Assembly: GCA_035368605.1 (NCBI GenBank) | Contig: DAOSLF010000009.1 | Location: 7,079-71,078 of the forward strand | Direction: 5' to 3' | From: Candidatus Omnitrophota bacterium | GTDB taxonomy: Bacteria; Omnitrophota; Omnitrophia; Omnitrophales; Aquincolibacteriaceae | Length of the DNA: 64,000 bases | Shown: positions 18,698-29,265 of the stretch, piece by piece | How positions within the stretch are numbered: the stretch's first letter is position 1 | Layout: the number at the start of each line of letters is the position of its first letter | Position numbers and translations under genes: made by a program | Notes under the pieces: model-generated | What the model saw: the letters and a program-made list of their open reading frames with translations, nothing else | The model's database searches: none | What the model was told of the DNA's origin: nothing

Positions 18698-18955
18698 TTA
18701 TTTCGCGGCTTTGGCTTTTTTCTTCTGCCGGCGGATAAGGCTCTTCAGGGCCTCGCTTACCCGGGCGCCGTTCTTGACCCAATACTCGAGACGCGCTTCC
18801 TTGAGCGACAGTTTCTCCTGCTTCGGAAGCGGATCGTAATAACCGATCTCCTCGATAAAGCGCCCGTCGCGGGGCGATTTGGAGTCGCACACCACCACGC
18901 GCCACTTGGCCTTGTCCTTCGTGCCGAACCGTTTCATTCTGATCTTGACTGACAT
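18698..18955 (-). CDS. rpsP: 30S ribosomal protein S16
   Basis: MSVKIRMKRFGTKDKAKWRVVV...GYYDP is canonical S16. Confidence 0.9.
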   Translation of the reverse strand: MSVKIRMKRFGTKDKAKWRVVVCDSKSPRDGRFIEEIGYYDPLPKQEKLSLKEARLEYWVKNGARVSEALKSLIRRQKKKAKAAK

Positions 18956-19035
18956 TTCTGCTCCTTGGTTTTTAACGCGGAACGTCCAGCGTTTGATTTT
19001 TACTCCATCCGCTTTTCGCTCTGCGATTCTTTTGA

Positions 19036-20301
19036 TTATTCTTTTTCTCTCCGGACCTGAGCCCCGAGCGAGTTCAGTTTCATCTCCAGATTCTCATACC
19101 CGCGATCCAGATGATAGATGCGCTGGACTTCTGTCTCCCCTTGCGCCACGAGGGCCGCCAGAACGAGCGCCGCGCTTGCGCGAAGGTCGGACGCCATCAC
19201 GGGCGCCCCGCTCAGTTTTTTCACGCCGTGCACAATCGCGCTCGCACCCTCCAGAAAAATCTTGGCGCCCATACGACCGAGTTCCGGGACGTGCATGAAC
19301 CGGTTCGGATAGATTTTTTCCGTGATAATGCTGATCCCCGGCGTCACGGTCATAAGCGCCATTGCCTGGGCCTGCAAATCCGTCGGGAACGCCGGATAGG
19401 GCAGGGTCGTCACATCGACCGGCCGGAGCTTCCCCGTCCGTTTCACGCGTACTGCGTTCTTGTATTTCTCGACCTTCATGCCGGCCTGATGGAGCTTGTC
19501 GATCACGGCGTTCAGATGCGCCGGCTCCATCTTCCGGATCAGAACATCGCCGTTCGTGATCGCCGCGCCGAACATATAGGTCCCCGCCTCGATCCTGTCC
19601 GGAATCACGCGATAGCTCACACCACGCAATTTTTTCACGCCTTCAACCTCGATCCTCGGCGAACCATCCCCCTGTATCTTTGCGCCCATCTTTCTCAAAA
19701 AATTCGCCAGATCGACCACTTCGGGTTCGCAGGCCGCATTCTCGATCACCGTCCGCCCGGCCGCGAGCACGGCAGCCATCAGCACGTTGTCCGTCGCGAG
19801 CACCGAAGATCCGTACCCGCCGCCGAGATAGATCTCGGTCCCGCGAAGCGATTTCTTCGCTTTTGTCCGCACATAACCGTGATCAATCTCTATCTCGGCT
19901 CCAAGGGCTTCGAGACCTTTCAGGTGAAGATCGATCGGCCGCGGGCCGATCGCGCATCCCCCCGGGAGCGAAACCTCGGCCTCCCCGAGCCTCGCGAGCA
20001 ACGGACCCAGCACACAAACTGACGCGCGCATGGTCTTGACCAGTTTATAAGGCGCGAACGGTTTCAGATTGTTCCCCGGCCTGATCTTGAGAACGCCGTT
20101 CTCGAGGATCGCTTTGGCCCCGAGAGACCGGATGAGCCTCACCATGGTCTGGACGTCCCACAGGTCCGGGACGTTCTCGATTATCGACTCCCCTTCGGAC
20201 AGAAGCGCTGCCGCCATGATCGGCAAAACCGCGTTCTTGGACCCCGAAACTTCGACCTCGCCGATCAGCCGGGCGCCGCCTTTAATGATAAGTTTTTCCA
20301 T
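19036..20301 (-). CDS. murA: UDP-N-acetylglucosamine 1-carboxyvinyltransferase
   Basis: Full-length MurA/EPT match (KLIIKGGARLIGEVEVSGSKNAVLPIMAA). Confidence 0.9.
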   Translation of the reverse strand: MEKLIIKGGARLIGEVEVSGSKNAVLPIMAAALLSEGESIIENVPDLWDVQTMVRLIRSLGAKAILENGVLKIRPGNNLKPFAPYKLVKTMRASVCVLGPLLARLGEAEVSLPGGCAIGPRPIDLHLKGLEALGAEIEIDHGYVRTKAKKSLRGTEIYLGGGYGSSVLATDNVLMAAVLAAGRTVIENAACEPEVVDLANFLRKMGAKIQGDGSPRIEVEGVKKLRGVSYRVIPDRIEAGTYMFGAAITNGDVLIRKMEPAHLNAVIDKLHQAGMKVEKYKNAVRVKRTGKLRPVDVTTLPYPAFPTDLQAQAMALMTVTPGISIITEKIYPNRFMHVPELGRMGAKIFLEGASAIVHGVKKLSGAPVMASDLRASAALVLAALVAQGETEVQRIYHLDRGYENLEMKLNSLGAQVRREKE

Positions 20302-21160
20302 TCAGTCCTTCATTAATCCGGGCCATGACAACCCTGTCAAAGCCTAAATAGTCTTTAAAGCGCAGAATATTATCATAACCCGCGCCCTGAAGCCACTTTG
20401 AAACCTGATCCGCCTGCCCCGCCCCCGCTTCGAGGGCTAAAAATCCGCCCGGTTTCAGATATCTCCTGGCCTCAGGAATGATTCTCCGGTAGAAATCAAA
20501 ACCATCGGTCCCGCCGTCAAGGGCCAGCCGGGGCTCAAACGCAAGCTCCGGCTGGAGATTCCGGAAATCGCCCTCACTCAGGTACGGCGGGTTCGAGACT
20601 ACCACATCCCAGGGCTCTTCACCGGCAAACGCCCCGAAAAGATCCCCCCGCTTCAGTAGCGCCCTGTTCTCCAGACCGTAACGCCCCAGGTTCCTTCGGG
20701 CAATCCCGAGAGCCTCCTCCGAAATATCCGACAACGTCCCCTTTGAAAGGGGGAACTTCCTCATAAGGGCAATCGCGATCGCTCCGGACCCGGTCCCGAG
20801 GTCCAGGAACGAAAACTCCCGCTCGGGCGCAAGTTGTTTCGCAAGCGCTTCAACGAGAATCTCGGTCTCGGGTCTCGGTATCAGGCAACGGTCACTGACC
20901 TCGAGAATTTCCTCTCCGAAACAGGCTTCGCCGAGAAGATACGCGAGCGGCTTACGGGTCTTGCGTTCTTCGACAATCCTCAAAAAATGCCGCTCTGCTT
21001 CCGGAGCGACTTCTTTTGCCGCGTCCAGAAACAAAGCGGCTTTGGAAGCCTTCAGGACATTTCCCAGAATCCGCTCCGCTTCCTCTTTCGCTTCCCCGAT
21101 CCCGGCGCGCGCCAACGCGTCGCATCCCGCGGCAAGGAGCGCCGCCCTTGTCATCGCCAT
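20282..21160 (-). CDS. prmC: release factor glutamine N5-methyltransferase
   Basis: HemK/PrmC family: SAM motif DLGTGSGAIAIAL and NPPY motif (VVSNPPYL). Directly downstream of prfA. Confidence 0.85.
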   Translation of the reverse strand: MAMTRAALLAAGCDALARAGIGEAKEEAERILGNVLKASKAALFLDAAKEVAPEAERHFLRIVEERKTRKPLAYLLGEACFGEEILEVSDRCLIPRPETEILVEALAKQLAPEREFSFLDLGTGSGAIAIALMRKFPLSKGTLSDISEEALGIARRNLGRYGLENRALLKRGDLFGAFAGEEPWDVVVSNPPYLSEGDFRNLQPELAFEPRLALDGGTDGFDFYRRIIPEARRYLKPGGFLALEAGAGQADQVSKWLQGAGYDNILRFKDYLGFDRVVMARINEGLNGKTYH

Positions 21161-21161
21161 A

Positions 21162-22250
21162 TCATCCGTTCGTCAGTTTGCGGACCTTTTCATCTTCCGC
21201 GAGCGCTTTCACAACCTCTTCCAGCTTCCCTTCCATGATCACGGGAAGATTGTGAACCGTGAGCCCGATCCGGTGATCCGTCAGGCGCTGGTCCGGATAA
21301 TTATAGGTCCGTATCTTGCCTGACCGGTCGCCCGAGCCGACCTGGTCCTTGCGGTTTTTCGCGATCTCGGCTTCCTGTTTTTCCTTCTGGAACTCGTAAA
21401 TCTTCGCACGCAGCACGCGCATTGCCTTGGCCTTGTTCTTGTGCTGGGACCGCTCGTCCTGGCACGCGACAACGAACCCCGTCGGGATATGCGTGATCCT
21501 CACGGCCGATTCGGTCTTGTTCACGTGCTGTCCGCCGGCCCCCGACGCGCGATACACGTCGATCTTGAGATCGTTCGGCTGGATGTCGATCTCGGTCTCG
21601 TCCGCTTCCGGCAACACCGCGACCGTCACGGCCGAAGTGTGGACTCGTCCGCTCGCTTCGGTTTTGGGAACACGCTGCACCCGGTGGATTCCGCTTTCGT
21701 ACTTGAAAAGGCTGTAAGCGTGTTCGCCCGTCACGCCAAAAACAACTTCCTTCAATCCTCCGATTCCGGTCGGGCTCAGATCCATCACTTCGGTCTTCAG
21801 CCCGTGCCCGGCCGCGAACTGCGAATACATACGATAGAGGTCCGCCACGAAAAGAGCGGCCTCTTCCCCGCCCGTTCCGGCGCGGATTTCGATGATCACG
21901 CTTCGCGCGGCATCCGGCTCGCATCCTTCTAGGATAAGATTCTCCAGCTCGAGGTTGGTCTTCTCGATCTGGCCGTCAAGACTGACAACCTCTTCCTCGA
22001 TCAGCCCTCGCATGGCCGGGTCTTCCTGGCCGCGCTCAAGGTTCGTTCTCAGTTCGGCCTGTTCCGCCTCAAGCTTCCGGTATTTCCGGAAGCCTTCGAC
22101 GATCGGACGAAGCTGCGCGAGCTCCTTGCTCAGCTTCTGCAGCTGCGCGGTATCGCGGGCCGTTTCCGGCTGCGCGAGCAGGGCCTCGACCGCTAGGAAA
22201 CGGGTCTCGGCTTTTTCAAGTCGTTCACGGATTCGCATGGCGGTCACCAC
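21162..22250 (-). CDS. prfA: peptide chain release factor 1
   Basis: GGQ motif ([23 protein letters not shown]) and RF1-type domains. Confidence 0.9.
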   Translation of the reverse strand: MVTAMRIRERLEKAETRFLAVEALLAQPETARDTAQLQKLSKELAQLRPIVEGFRKYRKLEAEQAELRTNLERGQEDPAMRGLIEEEVVSLDGQIEKTNLELENLILEGCEPDAARSVIIEIRAGTGGEEAALFVADLYRMYSQFAAGHGLKTEVMDLSPTGIGGLKEVVFGVTGEHAYSLFKYESGIHRVQRVPKTEASGRVHTSAVTVAVLPEADETEIDIQPNDLKIDVYRASGAGGQHVNKTESAVRITHIPTGFVVACQDERSQHKNKAKAMRVLRAKIYEFQKEKQEAEIAKNRKDQVGSGDRSGKIRTYNYPDQRLTDHRIGLTVHNLPVIMEGKLEEVVKALAEDEKVRKLTNG

Positions 22251-22317
22251 CCGTCACGAAGACGCACGCCACATAAAAATCCATTCTTGTGGCTTCGCGG
22301 CCTTGCGGCTTGTGTTC

Positions 22318-22638
22318 TTACTTCCCTTCCGCCTTGACCTTGTCCCTGAGGGCCTGGAGATTCGCCTTCCTCATGTCCGCCGCTTTCGCGCGCAGTGCCG
22401 ACACGGGGGCGGCCTTCGTCGATTTCTTGGCGCCGACGATCTTGTCCTGGAACTTCTTCTTGAAACGGTCAATGCGACCGGCGGTGTCCATCAGCTTCTG
22501 TTTACCGGTAAAGAACGGATGGCAGGCCGAGCAAACATCGACCTGGATACGCGGCATCACGCTCCGCGTCCTGATGGAGTTGCCGCAGGCGCAGTCGATG
22601 GTGCTGGGTTGATAGTTCGGGTGAATGTCTTTTTTCAT
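22318..22638 (-). CDS. rpmE: 50S ribosomal protein L31 with C-terminal extension
   Basis: MKKDIHPNY...C.C...HPFFTG... is L31 type A with CxxC pairs. It carries an about 35-aa basic C-terminal tail. Confidence 0.85.
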   Translation of the reverse strand: MKKDIHPNYQPSTIDCACGNSIRTRSVMPRIQVDVCSACHPFFTGKQKLMDTAGRIDRFKKKFQDKIVGAKKSTKAAPVSALRAKAADMRKANLQALRDKVKAEGK

Positions 22639-22640
22639 TT

Positions 22641-24059
22641 TTATTTCTCCGCTTGGTTCATTTTAAGAAGGAATTCCGCGTTCGATTTGGTCTTGCGCAG
22701 ACGGTCGACCAGAAGCTCCATGGCCTCGGTCGGATTAAGCTCGTTCAAGACTTTCCTGAGGATCCAGACGCGGTTGAGCTCGTCGGCTGGCATCAGGAGG
22801 TCTTCCTTACGCGTGTTCGACTTTTTGACGTCGATCGCGGGATAAATCCGGCGCTGGAAGAGGTTCCGGTCAAGCTGGAGCTCCATGTTTCCGGTGCCCT
22901 TGAACTCTTCGAAAATAACCTCGTCCATGCGGGACCCCGTGTCGACGAGCGCCGTCGCGATGACGGTCAAGCTGCCGCCTTCCTCGACATTACGCGCCGA
23001 ACCGAAAAAGCGTTTCGGTTTATGGAGCGCGTTGGAGTCCACACCGCCCGAGAGGATCTTCCCGGAGTGCGGCGCGACCGTGTTATAGGCGCGCGCGAGA
23101 CGGGTGATCGAGTCGAGCAGGATAATCACGTCGCGTTTGTGCTCCACGAGACGTTTCGCCTTCTCGAGCACGATTTCGGCGACCTGCACGTGGCGGTCCG
23201 CGGGCTCGTCAAAGGTCGAAGCGATGACCTCGCCCTTCACGGAGCGCTGCATGTCCGTCACTTCCTCGGGACGTTCATCGATCAAAAGCACGATCAGGTA
23301 CGCGTCCGGATGGTTCGTCGTGATGGAGTTGGCGATCTTCTGGAGGAGGATTGTCTTGCCGCTGTAGGGCTGCGCGACGATCATCCCGCGCTGACCGAAA
23401 CCGACGGGTGTGAGGAGGTCCATCACGCGCGTCGAGACCTCTTCTGTCACCGTCTCGAGTATGATCCGTTTGTTCGGATAGAGCGGAGTCAGGTTGTCGA
23501 AGGCGATCTTGTCCTTCGCGTTGTCCGTCTCCTCGAAATTGATCAGCTCGACCTTGAGCAGGGCGAAATACCGTTCTCCTTCTTTCGGAGGACGGATCAG
23601 GCCGCTCACAACATCGCCGGTCCGCAGGTTGAAACGGCGGATCTGGCTCGGGCTGACGTAGATATCATCCGGCGACGGCAGGTAATTATAGTTCGGGGAA
23701 CGGAGGAACCCGAAGCCGTCCTCGAGAATCTCCAGGACGCCCTCTCCGAACATGAGCCCCGATTGCTGGGCCTGCGCCTGGAGAATCTTGAAGATCAGAT
23801 CCTGTTTCTTGAGACCCGAGGCGTTCTCGACGTTCAGCTTATGGGCCATCTCCTGGAGTTTCGCGATCTTCGCCTTCCTCAGCCCGACCACGTCGAGTGG
23901 TTTCTCGCCGGCCTTTTGCTGCCGCATCGCCTTTTCGAGCGCCTCGCCGTTGATCTGCGCGTCATCGTCGCGCATCTGCGGCCTCGGCTGCCTCGGAGCG
24001 CCGTGGTGATCGTCACTTCTCCGATTGTGTGGATGGTGATTCCGTTCTTTTTGCATCAT
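22641..24059 (-). CDS. rho: transcription termination factor Rho (with His/Arg-rich N-terminal extension)
   Basis: Rho N-terminal domain, RNA-binding OB fold, Walker A ([10 protein letters not shown]) and RecA-like core. About 50 aa of extra basic N-terminal sequence. Confidence 0.9.
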   Translation of the reverse strand: MMQKERNHHPHNRRSDDHHGAPRQPRPQMRDDDAQINGEALEKAMRQQKAGEKPLDVVGLRKAKIAKLQEMAHKLNVENASGLKKQDLIFKILQAQAQQSGLMFGEGVLEILEDGFGFLRSPNYNYLPSPDDIYVSPSQIRRFNLRTGDVVSGLIRPPKEGERYFALLKVELINFEETDNAKDKIAFDNLTPLYPNKRIILETVTEEVSTRVMDLLTPVGFGQRGMIVAQPYSGKTILLQKIANSITTNHPDAYLIVLLIDERPEEVTDMQRSVKGEVIASTFDEPADRHVQVAEIVLEKAKRLVEHKRDVIILLDSITRLARAYNTVAPHSGKILSGGVDSNALHKPKRFFGSARNVEEGGSLTVIATALVDTGSRMDEVIFEEFKGTGNMELQLDRNLFQRRIYPAIDVKKSNTRKEDLLMPADELNRVWILRKVLNELNPTEAMELLVDRLRKTKSNAEFLLKMNQAEK

Positions 24060-24148
24060 TGGGTCACTCCCCTTGCCCCGTCAGAAGCCCAAATGCATCT
24101 AACGGTTGGTTGTACTTCTGTTAGTTACTTTTTAAATAGACCTTCAGG

Positions 24149-24775
24149 TCACCGGTCGTAAAAACGGGCCGGCTTCTGGCGCCTTAAAAGCGCGAGACGT
24201 TCCCATAAACGCTTCGCGCTTTTTCCGGTTTTTGATTCAGAACCTGAGTTATCGATCACAAAATCCGCTTTCGCGGCCTTCAGGGATTCTTTCATCTGGG
24301 CCTTTTCGCGCGCCTTGATCTGGACCGGTGAGAAACCTTTGCTTTTCAGCCGGGCCATCCTGATCGACGGCTTGCAGGTCACGACGACCGTCCAGTCGCA
24401 GAGGCCTTCAAAACCAGCTTCGAAAAGAAGCGGCACTTCCACGATCATAACTTTCCTTTTCGCGGCAGCGGCCATTTTCCTGATCTCCCGGTACACGTAC
24501 GGGTGGACCAGGGCTTCCAGCCGCTCTCTCTTTGCCGGATCGGCAAAAACCTTTTCGGCGATCTTTTCCCGGTGAAAATATCTCCCGCATCCGCTGAGCG
24601 CCTCCGGGAAAAGCGCGGCGATCTTTTTAAAGAGCGGACTGCTTTTCCTGAGAGCCGCGTGAGCAACCTTGTCGGCATCGATCGTCGCCGCCCCGAGACC
24701 CCGGAAAGCCTTCGCGACCGTGCTTTTCCCGCTCCCGAACCCGCCGGTCAGACCAACGATCAGTTTTTGTACCAT
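24149..24775 (-). CDS. coaE: dephospho-CoA kinase
   Basis: GLTGGFGSGKSTV P-loop and CoaE fold. Overlaps the polA 3' end. Confidence 0.85.
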   Translation of the reverse strand: MVQKLIVGLTGGFGSGKSTVAKAFRGLGAATIDADKVAHAALRKSSPLFKKIAALFPEALSGCGRYFHREKIAEKVFADPAKRERLEALVHPYVYREIRKMAAAAKRKVMIVEVPLLFEAGFEGLCDWTVVVTCKPSIRMARLKSKGFSPVQIKAREKAQMKESLKAAKADFVIDNSGSESKTGKSAKRLWERLALLRRQKPARFYDR

Positions 24776-27450
24776 GAATCTCCCGCGGCCACGTCTGCCT
24801 TGAGCGGCACCTTCAGCGCGTAAGCGCCCTCCATCTCTTTTTTGACCATCCGTCCGAGCGCCTCAACGCCGGCGGCCGGCACATCAAAGACAAGTTCGTC
24901 ATGGACCTGCATGATCATCAATGCTTCGCTTTTTTCGCTCTCCAGAAGGTCCTGGACCCTGATCATCGCGAGCTTGATCAGATCCGCCGCCGAACCTTGC
25001 AGGGGCGCGTTGATCGCGGCGCGCTCGGCATAATTCCTGAGCGCGACGTTCGACGAACGGAGATTCGGGAAATAGGACCTCCGGCCGAGGATCGTCGTAA
25101 GGTAACCAGCCTTCCTGGCCTGTTCCTTCTGCGATTCGAGGAAATCCCTCACCTTCGCGTAGCGTCCGAAATAATTCCGGATGAAGGCATCGGCTTCCTG
25201 GATTGAAATCTGGAGGTCCTGGGAAAGCCCGAAGCTCGTTTTCCCGTAAAGGACGCTGAAGTTGATCGTCTTCGCGACGTTGCGCATTTCGCGCGTCACG
25301 TCCTTTTCCCTCACATCGTACAGAAGCGTCGCCGTGAACGCGTGGATGTCGCGATCCTCCTCGAACGCCTTCACAAGATTCGGCTCCTCGCAAAAATGCG
25401 CGAGGATCCGGAGCTCGATCTGTGAATAGTCGGCGGAGAGAATCTTCCCCGTCTTGCGACGGGAGACGAAAGCTTTCCGGATCAGGCGCCCGGCCTCGGT
25501 CTTGACCGGGATATTCTGAAGATTCGGCTCCGAACTCGACAGACGCCCCGTGTCGGTCGTGGTCTGGTGATAGGACGTGTGCACGCACCCCGTCTCCGGA
25601 TTCACCATTTCCGGAAGCGCGTCAAGATACGTGGACCGCAGCTTCGCGCGTTCCCGGTATTCCAGAACGAGACGCGGAAGCTCATGTGAAAGCGCGAGCT
25701 TTTCGAGCACGCTCGCATCCGTTGAGTAGCCGGTCTTCGTCTTTTTCATCGACGGAATCTTCTTTTTAACGAAAAGAATCTCCGCCAGCTGTTTCGGCGA
25801 ATCGACATTGAATTCTTCGCCCGCCTCGGCGTGGATTTTCTGCAGAAGACCGTCTATCTCCTCGCCCGTTTTCCGGGAAAGCTGTCCGAGAAGGACGGTG
25901 TCAAGCGCGACGCCGTTTGTCTCCATCTTCCCGAGGATACCCGCGAGGGGCAGTTCGACTTTTTCATAAAGTCCGGCCAAATCCAGCTCCGCGAGTTTCC
26001 TTTTGAGGACCGGCGCGAGCCGCAGAACGCAGTCGGCGTCCTCGCAGGCGTATTCCGTGATCTTTTCGAGCGGGACTTCGGCCATGCTGATCCGGGTCTT
26101 CCCCTTTCCGATCAACGTCTCGACCGGAATCTTTTTGACGTTCAGGTGTTCGAGTGAAATGTCATCCAGGTTATGATTGCGCTTGATCGGATCGATCAGA
26201 TAGCTCGCGATCATCGTGTCGAACCGGACGCCGCGGAGCTCGATGCCGTGGCGCGCCATGACCATGGCGTCGTATTTGATGTTCTGCCCGCACTTTCCGA
26301 TCTTCGCGTCCTCGAGCACAAGCTTCAGCCCCCGGAGCACTTCCGCCAAGGGAAGACCGGGGCCCGGATGCTCTTTGCTTGCTGTCGGGACATAGAAGGC
26401 CCTGTGCGGCTCGATCGCGAAGCTCATCCCGACAAGGTGCGCGCGCATGGGGTCCGTCGAGGTCGTCTCGGTGTCAAAGCTGAATTCGCCGGACTGCTTG
26501 AGTTTCTCCGCGAGTTTTTTCAGGAGCGCGGGGTCGGTAATCACCCGATAGTCACGTTTGCTTTTGTCCTCTTCGCTCACGGCCGAGAACTGTTTCATAA
26601 GGCCACGGAACTCATACCGTTTGAAGAACTCGAGAAGCGCGGCGTCGTCCGGCGCCTGGAACCGGAGCGTTCCCCAATCGATCGCCATCTCCACATCGGT
26701 GTCGATCGTCGCGAGCGACAGGGAAAGACGGAGGTCGGCCTCGTTCTCCTTGAGGGAACTCCGGACTTTCTCGGAAGAGATCTCTCCGAGATTCTTTAAA
26801 ATGCCTTCCACGGAACCGAAACGCTGCATAAGTTTTATCGCTGTCTTTTCCCCGATCCCCGGCACGCCGGGGATGTTGTCGGAAGCGTCCCCCATCAGGG
26901 CGAGCACTTCGACGATCTTGTCCGGGCCGAGCCCGTCATATTTCCTTTTGACGCCATCGATGTCATACACCAGGTTATCTTTGTGCGGCTGCAGAATCCT
27001 GACCTTTTCGTTCACAAGCTGGAAGGCGTCCTTGTCGCCCGTGACGATAAAAACCTCCAGGCCCTGCCGTTCCGCGCGTACAGCGAGGGTCCCGATCACA
27101 TCATCGGCCTCAAAGCCCTGTTTTTCGAACATGGCAAGACGCGAAATCCGGCAGAATTCCTTTATCGGCTCGATCTGGCTGACGAGCTCGGGCGGCATCG
27201 GTTTGCGGTGCGCCTTGTAGTCCCTGTACCGCTCGTGCCGGAAAGTCTTCCCTTTGGGATCAAAACAGACCGCGATGAATTCGGGGCGCTGGTCTTCCAC
27301 GAGCTTCCGCATCATGGTGACAAACCCGTAAATAGCGTTGGTCGGCTCTCCCCTGGAATTCGTCAGCCCCTGGATGGCATAAAACGCCCTGTAGCAGAAC
27401 GAGTTGCCATCGATGAGGAAAAGCCGGCCCTGCGGGACCTTTTTCGTCAT
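24760..27450 (-). CDS. polA: DNA polymerase I
   Basis: 896 aa with 5'-3' exonuclease, 3'-5' exo-like and polymerase domains (RRSAKTINFSVLYG..., QVHDELVFDV). Confidence 0.9.
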   Translation of the reverse strand: MTKKVPQGRLFLIDGNSFCYRAFYAIQGLTNSRGEPTNAIYGFVTMMRKLVEDQRPEFIAVCFDPKGKTFRHERYRDYKAHRKPMPPELVSQIEPIKEFCRISRLAMFEKQGFEADDVIGTLAVRAERQGLEVFIVTGDKDAFQLVNEKVRILQPHKDNLVYDIDGVKRKYDGLGPDKIVEVLALMGDASDNIPGVPGIGEKTAIKLMQRFGSVEGILKNLGEISSEKVRSSLKENEADLRLSLSLATIDTDVEMAIDWGTLRFQAPDDAALLEFFKRYEFRGLMKQFSAVSEEDKSKRDYRVITDPALLKKLAEKLKQSGEFSFDTETTSTDPMRAHLVGMSFAIEPHRAFYVPTASKEHPGPGLPLAEVLRGLKLVLEDAKIGKCGQNIKYDAMVMARHGIELRGVRFDTMIASYLIDPIKRNHNLDDISLEHLNVKKIPVETLIGKGKTRISMAEVPLEKITEYACEDADCVLRLAPVLKRKLAELDLAGLYEKVELPLAGILGKMETNGVALDTVLLGQLSRKTGEEIDGLLQKIHAEAGEEFNVDSPKQLAEILFVKKKIPSMKKTKTGYSTDASVLEKLALSHELPRLVLEYRERAKLRSTYLDALPEMVNPETGCVHTSYHQTTTDTGRLSSSEPNLQNIPVKTEAGRLIRKAFVSRRKTGKILSADYSQIELRILAHFCEEPNLVKAFEEDRDIHAFTATLLYDVREKDVTREMRNVAKTINFSVLYGKTSFGLSQDLQISIQEADAFIRNYFGRYAKVRDFLESQKEQARKAGYLTTILGRRSYFPNLRSSNVALRNYAERAAINAPLQGSAADLIKLAMIRVQDLLESEKSEALMIMQVHDELVFDVPAAGVEALGRMVKKEMEGAYALKVPLKADVAAGDSWYKN

Positions 27451-27629
27451 AACTTTAAAGCGGTGATTACTTTTTTAAGCATCAGGATTTTTGAGGAAAG
27501 GCCTTCTGGCTGCGGTCAAAACGTGATTTCGTTGGATTATGATCGGGAAATGATCTCGGCGGATTGAATTCGGCTTTTCCTGAAAAAAGCGGCCATAGGA
27601 TAGCTATAGCCGATAGTTAGGTCAAGTTT

Positions 27630-28715
27630 TTATTTCTTCTTGCCGGCCGTAACGGGCTGGACCTTGGAAAGCTGGATTCCAAGCTCTTTCGGTTCTACCG
27701 CGTATTCGAGCGCGGCTTCATAGCTGATGATGCCCTGCGCGTAAAGCTGTTTCAGATGGTCGTCGAGCGTGATCATGCCGTAACGGGACCCGGTCTGGAT
27801 CTCGGAAAGAACCTGATAGGTCTTGGCCTCGCGGATGAGGTTGCGGATCGCCGGCGTCGCGAACATGATCTCGAAAGCGGCAACGCGGCCCTTTCCGTCG
27901 ATCTTCGGGACAAGGACCTGGGAAATCACGGCCACGATCGTGGCGGAAAGCTGGATGCGGATCTGGGCCTGCTGTTCCGGCGGGAACACGTCGATGATGC
28001 GGTCCACCGTGCGCGGCGCACCGGTCGTGTGGAGCGTCGAAAAAACAAGGTGACCTGTTTCGGCGGCGCGGATCGCGGACTCCATGGTCGCGATATCGCG
28101 CATTTCCCCGATCAGGATTACGTCCGGGTCCTGGCGGAGGGCCTTGACGATGGCTTCGGAGAAGGTCGGGACATCCTCCCCGACTTCACGTTGAGTGACC
28201 ACGGATTTTTTGTGTTTGTGCATGAACTCGACCGGGTCTTCCGCGGTGATGATATGGCGCGGAAAATTCTCGTTGATATAGTTCAGCATCGTCGCGAGCG
28301 AGGTCGTTTTCCCGGATCCCGTGGGCCCCGTCACGAGGATCAGACCGCGCGGAAGGTTCAATATCTCGATCAGTTGCTGCGGCAGCCCGATCTCCTGAAA
28401 GGAATAGAACTTCGAGGGAAGCAGGCGGAGGACCATCGCGAAATGCCCCTGCTGTTTATAGCAGGACACGCGGAAGCGGGCCTTCTCGCCGAAAGTGAAG
28501 CCGAAATCGACACCGCCAACCTCCTCGATCTTTTTCCGCTGGGCCTCGGTCGTAATTTCCTTGGCCAGCATCTCGGTATCCTGGGCCGTCAGGGGCTTGT
28601 CGTCGATCGAGACCAGATCACCGATCATGCGGAAGGTCACGGGGCGGTTGACGGTCAGGTGAATATCGGAAGCCTCGCGTTCAATCGCTTCTATGAGAAT
28701 CTCTTCAATGGCCAT
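27630..28715 (-). CDS. pilT: type IV pilus retraction ATPase PilT/PilU family
   Basis: GSGKTTSLATM Walker A, AEDPVEF, and the GEMRD His/Asp boxes typical of PilT. Confidence 0.85.
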   Translation of the reverse strand: MAIEEILIEAIEREASDIHLTVNRPVTFRMIGDLVSIDDKPLTAQDTEMLAKEITTEAQRKKIEEVGGVDFGFTFGEKARFRVSCYKQQGHFAMVLRLLPSKFYSFQEIGLPQQLIEILNLPRGLILVTGPTGSGKTTSLATMLNYINENFPRHIITAEDPVEFMHKHKKSVVTQREVGEDVPTFSEAIVKALRQDPDVILIGEMRDIATMESAIRAAETGHLVFSTLHTTGAPRTVDRIIDVFPPEQQAQIRIQLSATIVAVISQVLVPKIDGKGRVAAFEIMFATPAIRNLIREAKTYQVLSEIQTGSRYGMITLDDHLKQLYAQGIISYEAALEYAVEPKELGIQLSKVQPVTAGKKK

Positions 28716-28749
28716 GGTGGATTATATTTCGTCCATCCCGGAAAAAACA

Positions 28750-29265
28750 TTAGAAAATGTACGACAGAATCCCGCCGAGAATCGTCATGATGCAGAAAGC
28801 AAGAAGGCAAAGAAGCGGCCATCCCCTGACCGTTTCCGGAATCTTCGAGAAACGCACGGCATAGCGGAGCCCCGCAAACGCCGTCAAAAAGAGAAAAAGC
28901 CCGCCGACAACGGCTCCGGCCAGCGACAGCTGAAGGGCAAGGTCTTTTGCTTCCAGGACCGCAAGCGCGATCACGGCCGCCGTCAGGTGGAAAACCCCGT
29001 CCTTTTTCTGGTACCGCCCCGCCAAAAACGCGAAACACCAGAGGACCAGAAAATCCGCGCCCCGAACGGCTGCCGCCGTCCTGTCCCATAAAAGCAGCGC
29101 ATTGAATATTGTCAGGGACAGCGCCACGGTCAGGAAAAGGTCCAGCATCTCCCGCCAAACTCCGGAAAGCTCCGGGAAAACGCTTTCCCGAGGAAGAAAG
29201 GCATGCCTTCCGCGCACGGCAAAAAGGAAACCCGCTCCCGCGATGACCCAGATCCAGGCGATCAT
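28750..29265 (-). CDS. 6-TM membrane protein, possible divergent RnfA/RnfE-family subunit
   Basis: Start set at ATG 29265 with a GGAGG RBS; the ORF-track N-terminal 112 aa is rejected. Six hydrophobic helices. The C-terminal segment LRYAVRFSKIPETVRGWPLLCLLAFCIM resembles the RnfA/E tail (R...VP..RG..I.LI.AGLM). The conserved GLCP/TNC motifs are absent. Confidence 0.3.
   Translation of the reverse strand: MIAWIWVIAGAGFLFAVRGRHAFLPRESVFPELSGVWREMLDLFLTVALSLTIFNALLLWDRTAAAVRGADFLVLWCFAFLAGRYQKKDGVFHLTAAVIALAVLEAKDLALQLSLAGAVVGGLFLFLTAFAGLRYAVRFSKIPETVRGWPLLCLLAFCIMTILGGILSYIF

Noticed and set aside
19111-20022. 303-aa plus-strand ORF
   Set aside because: Antisense to murA. Arg/His-rich low-complexity translation.
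22653-24161. 502-aa plus-strand ORF
   Set aside because: It lies entirely antisense to rho, which has unambiguous Walker A and RecA-like motifs. High-GC DNA produces long stop-free antisense frames. Its product is low-complexity Arg/Asp-rich.
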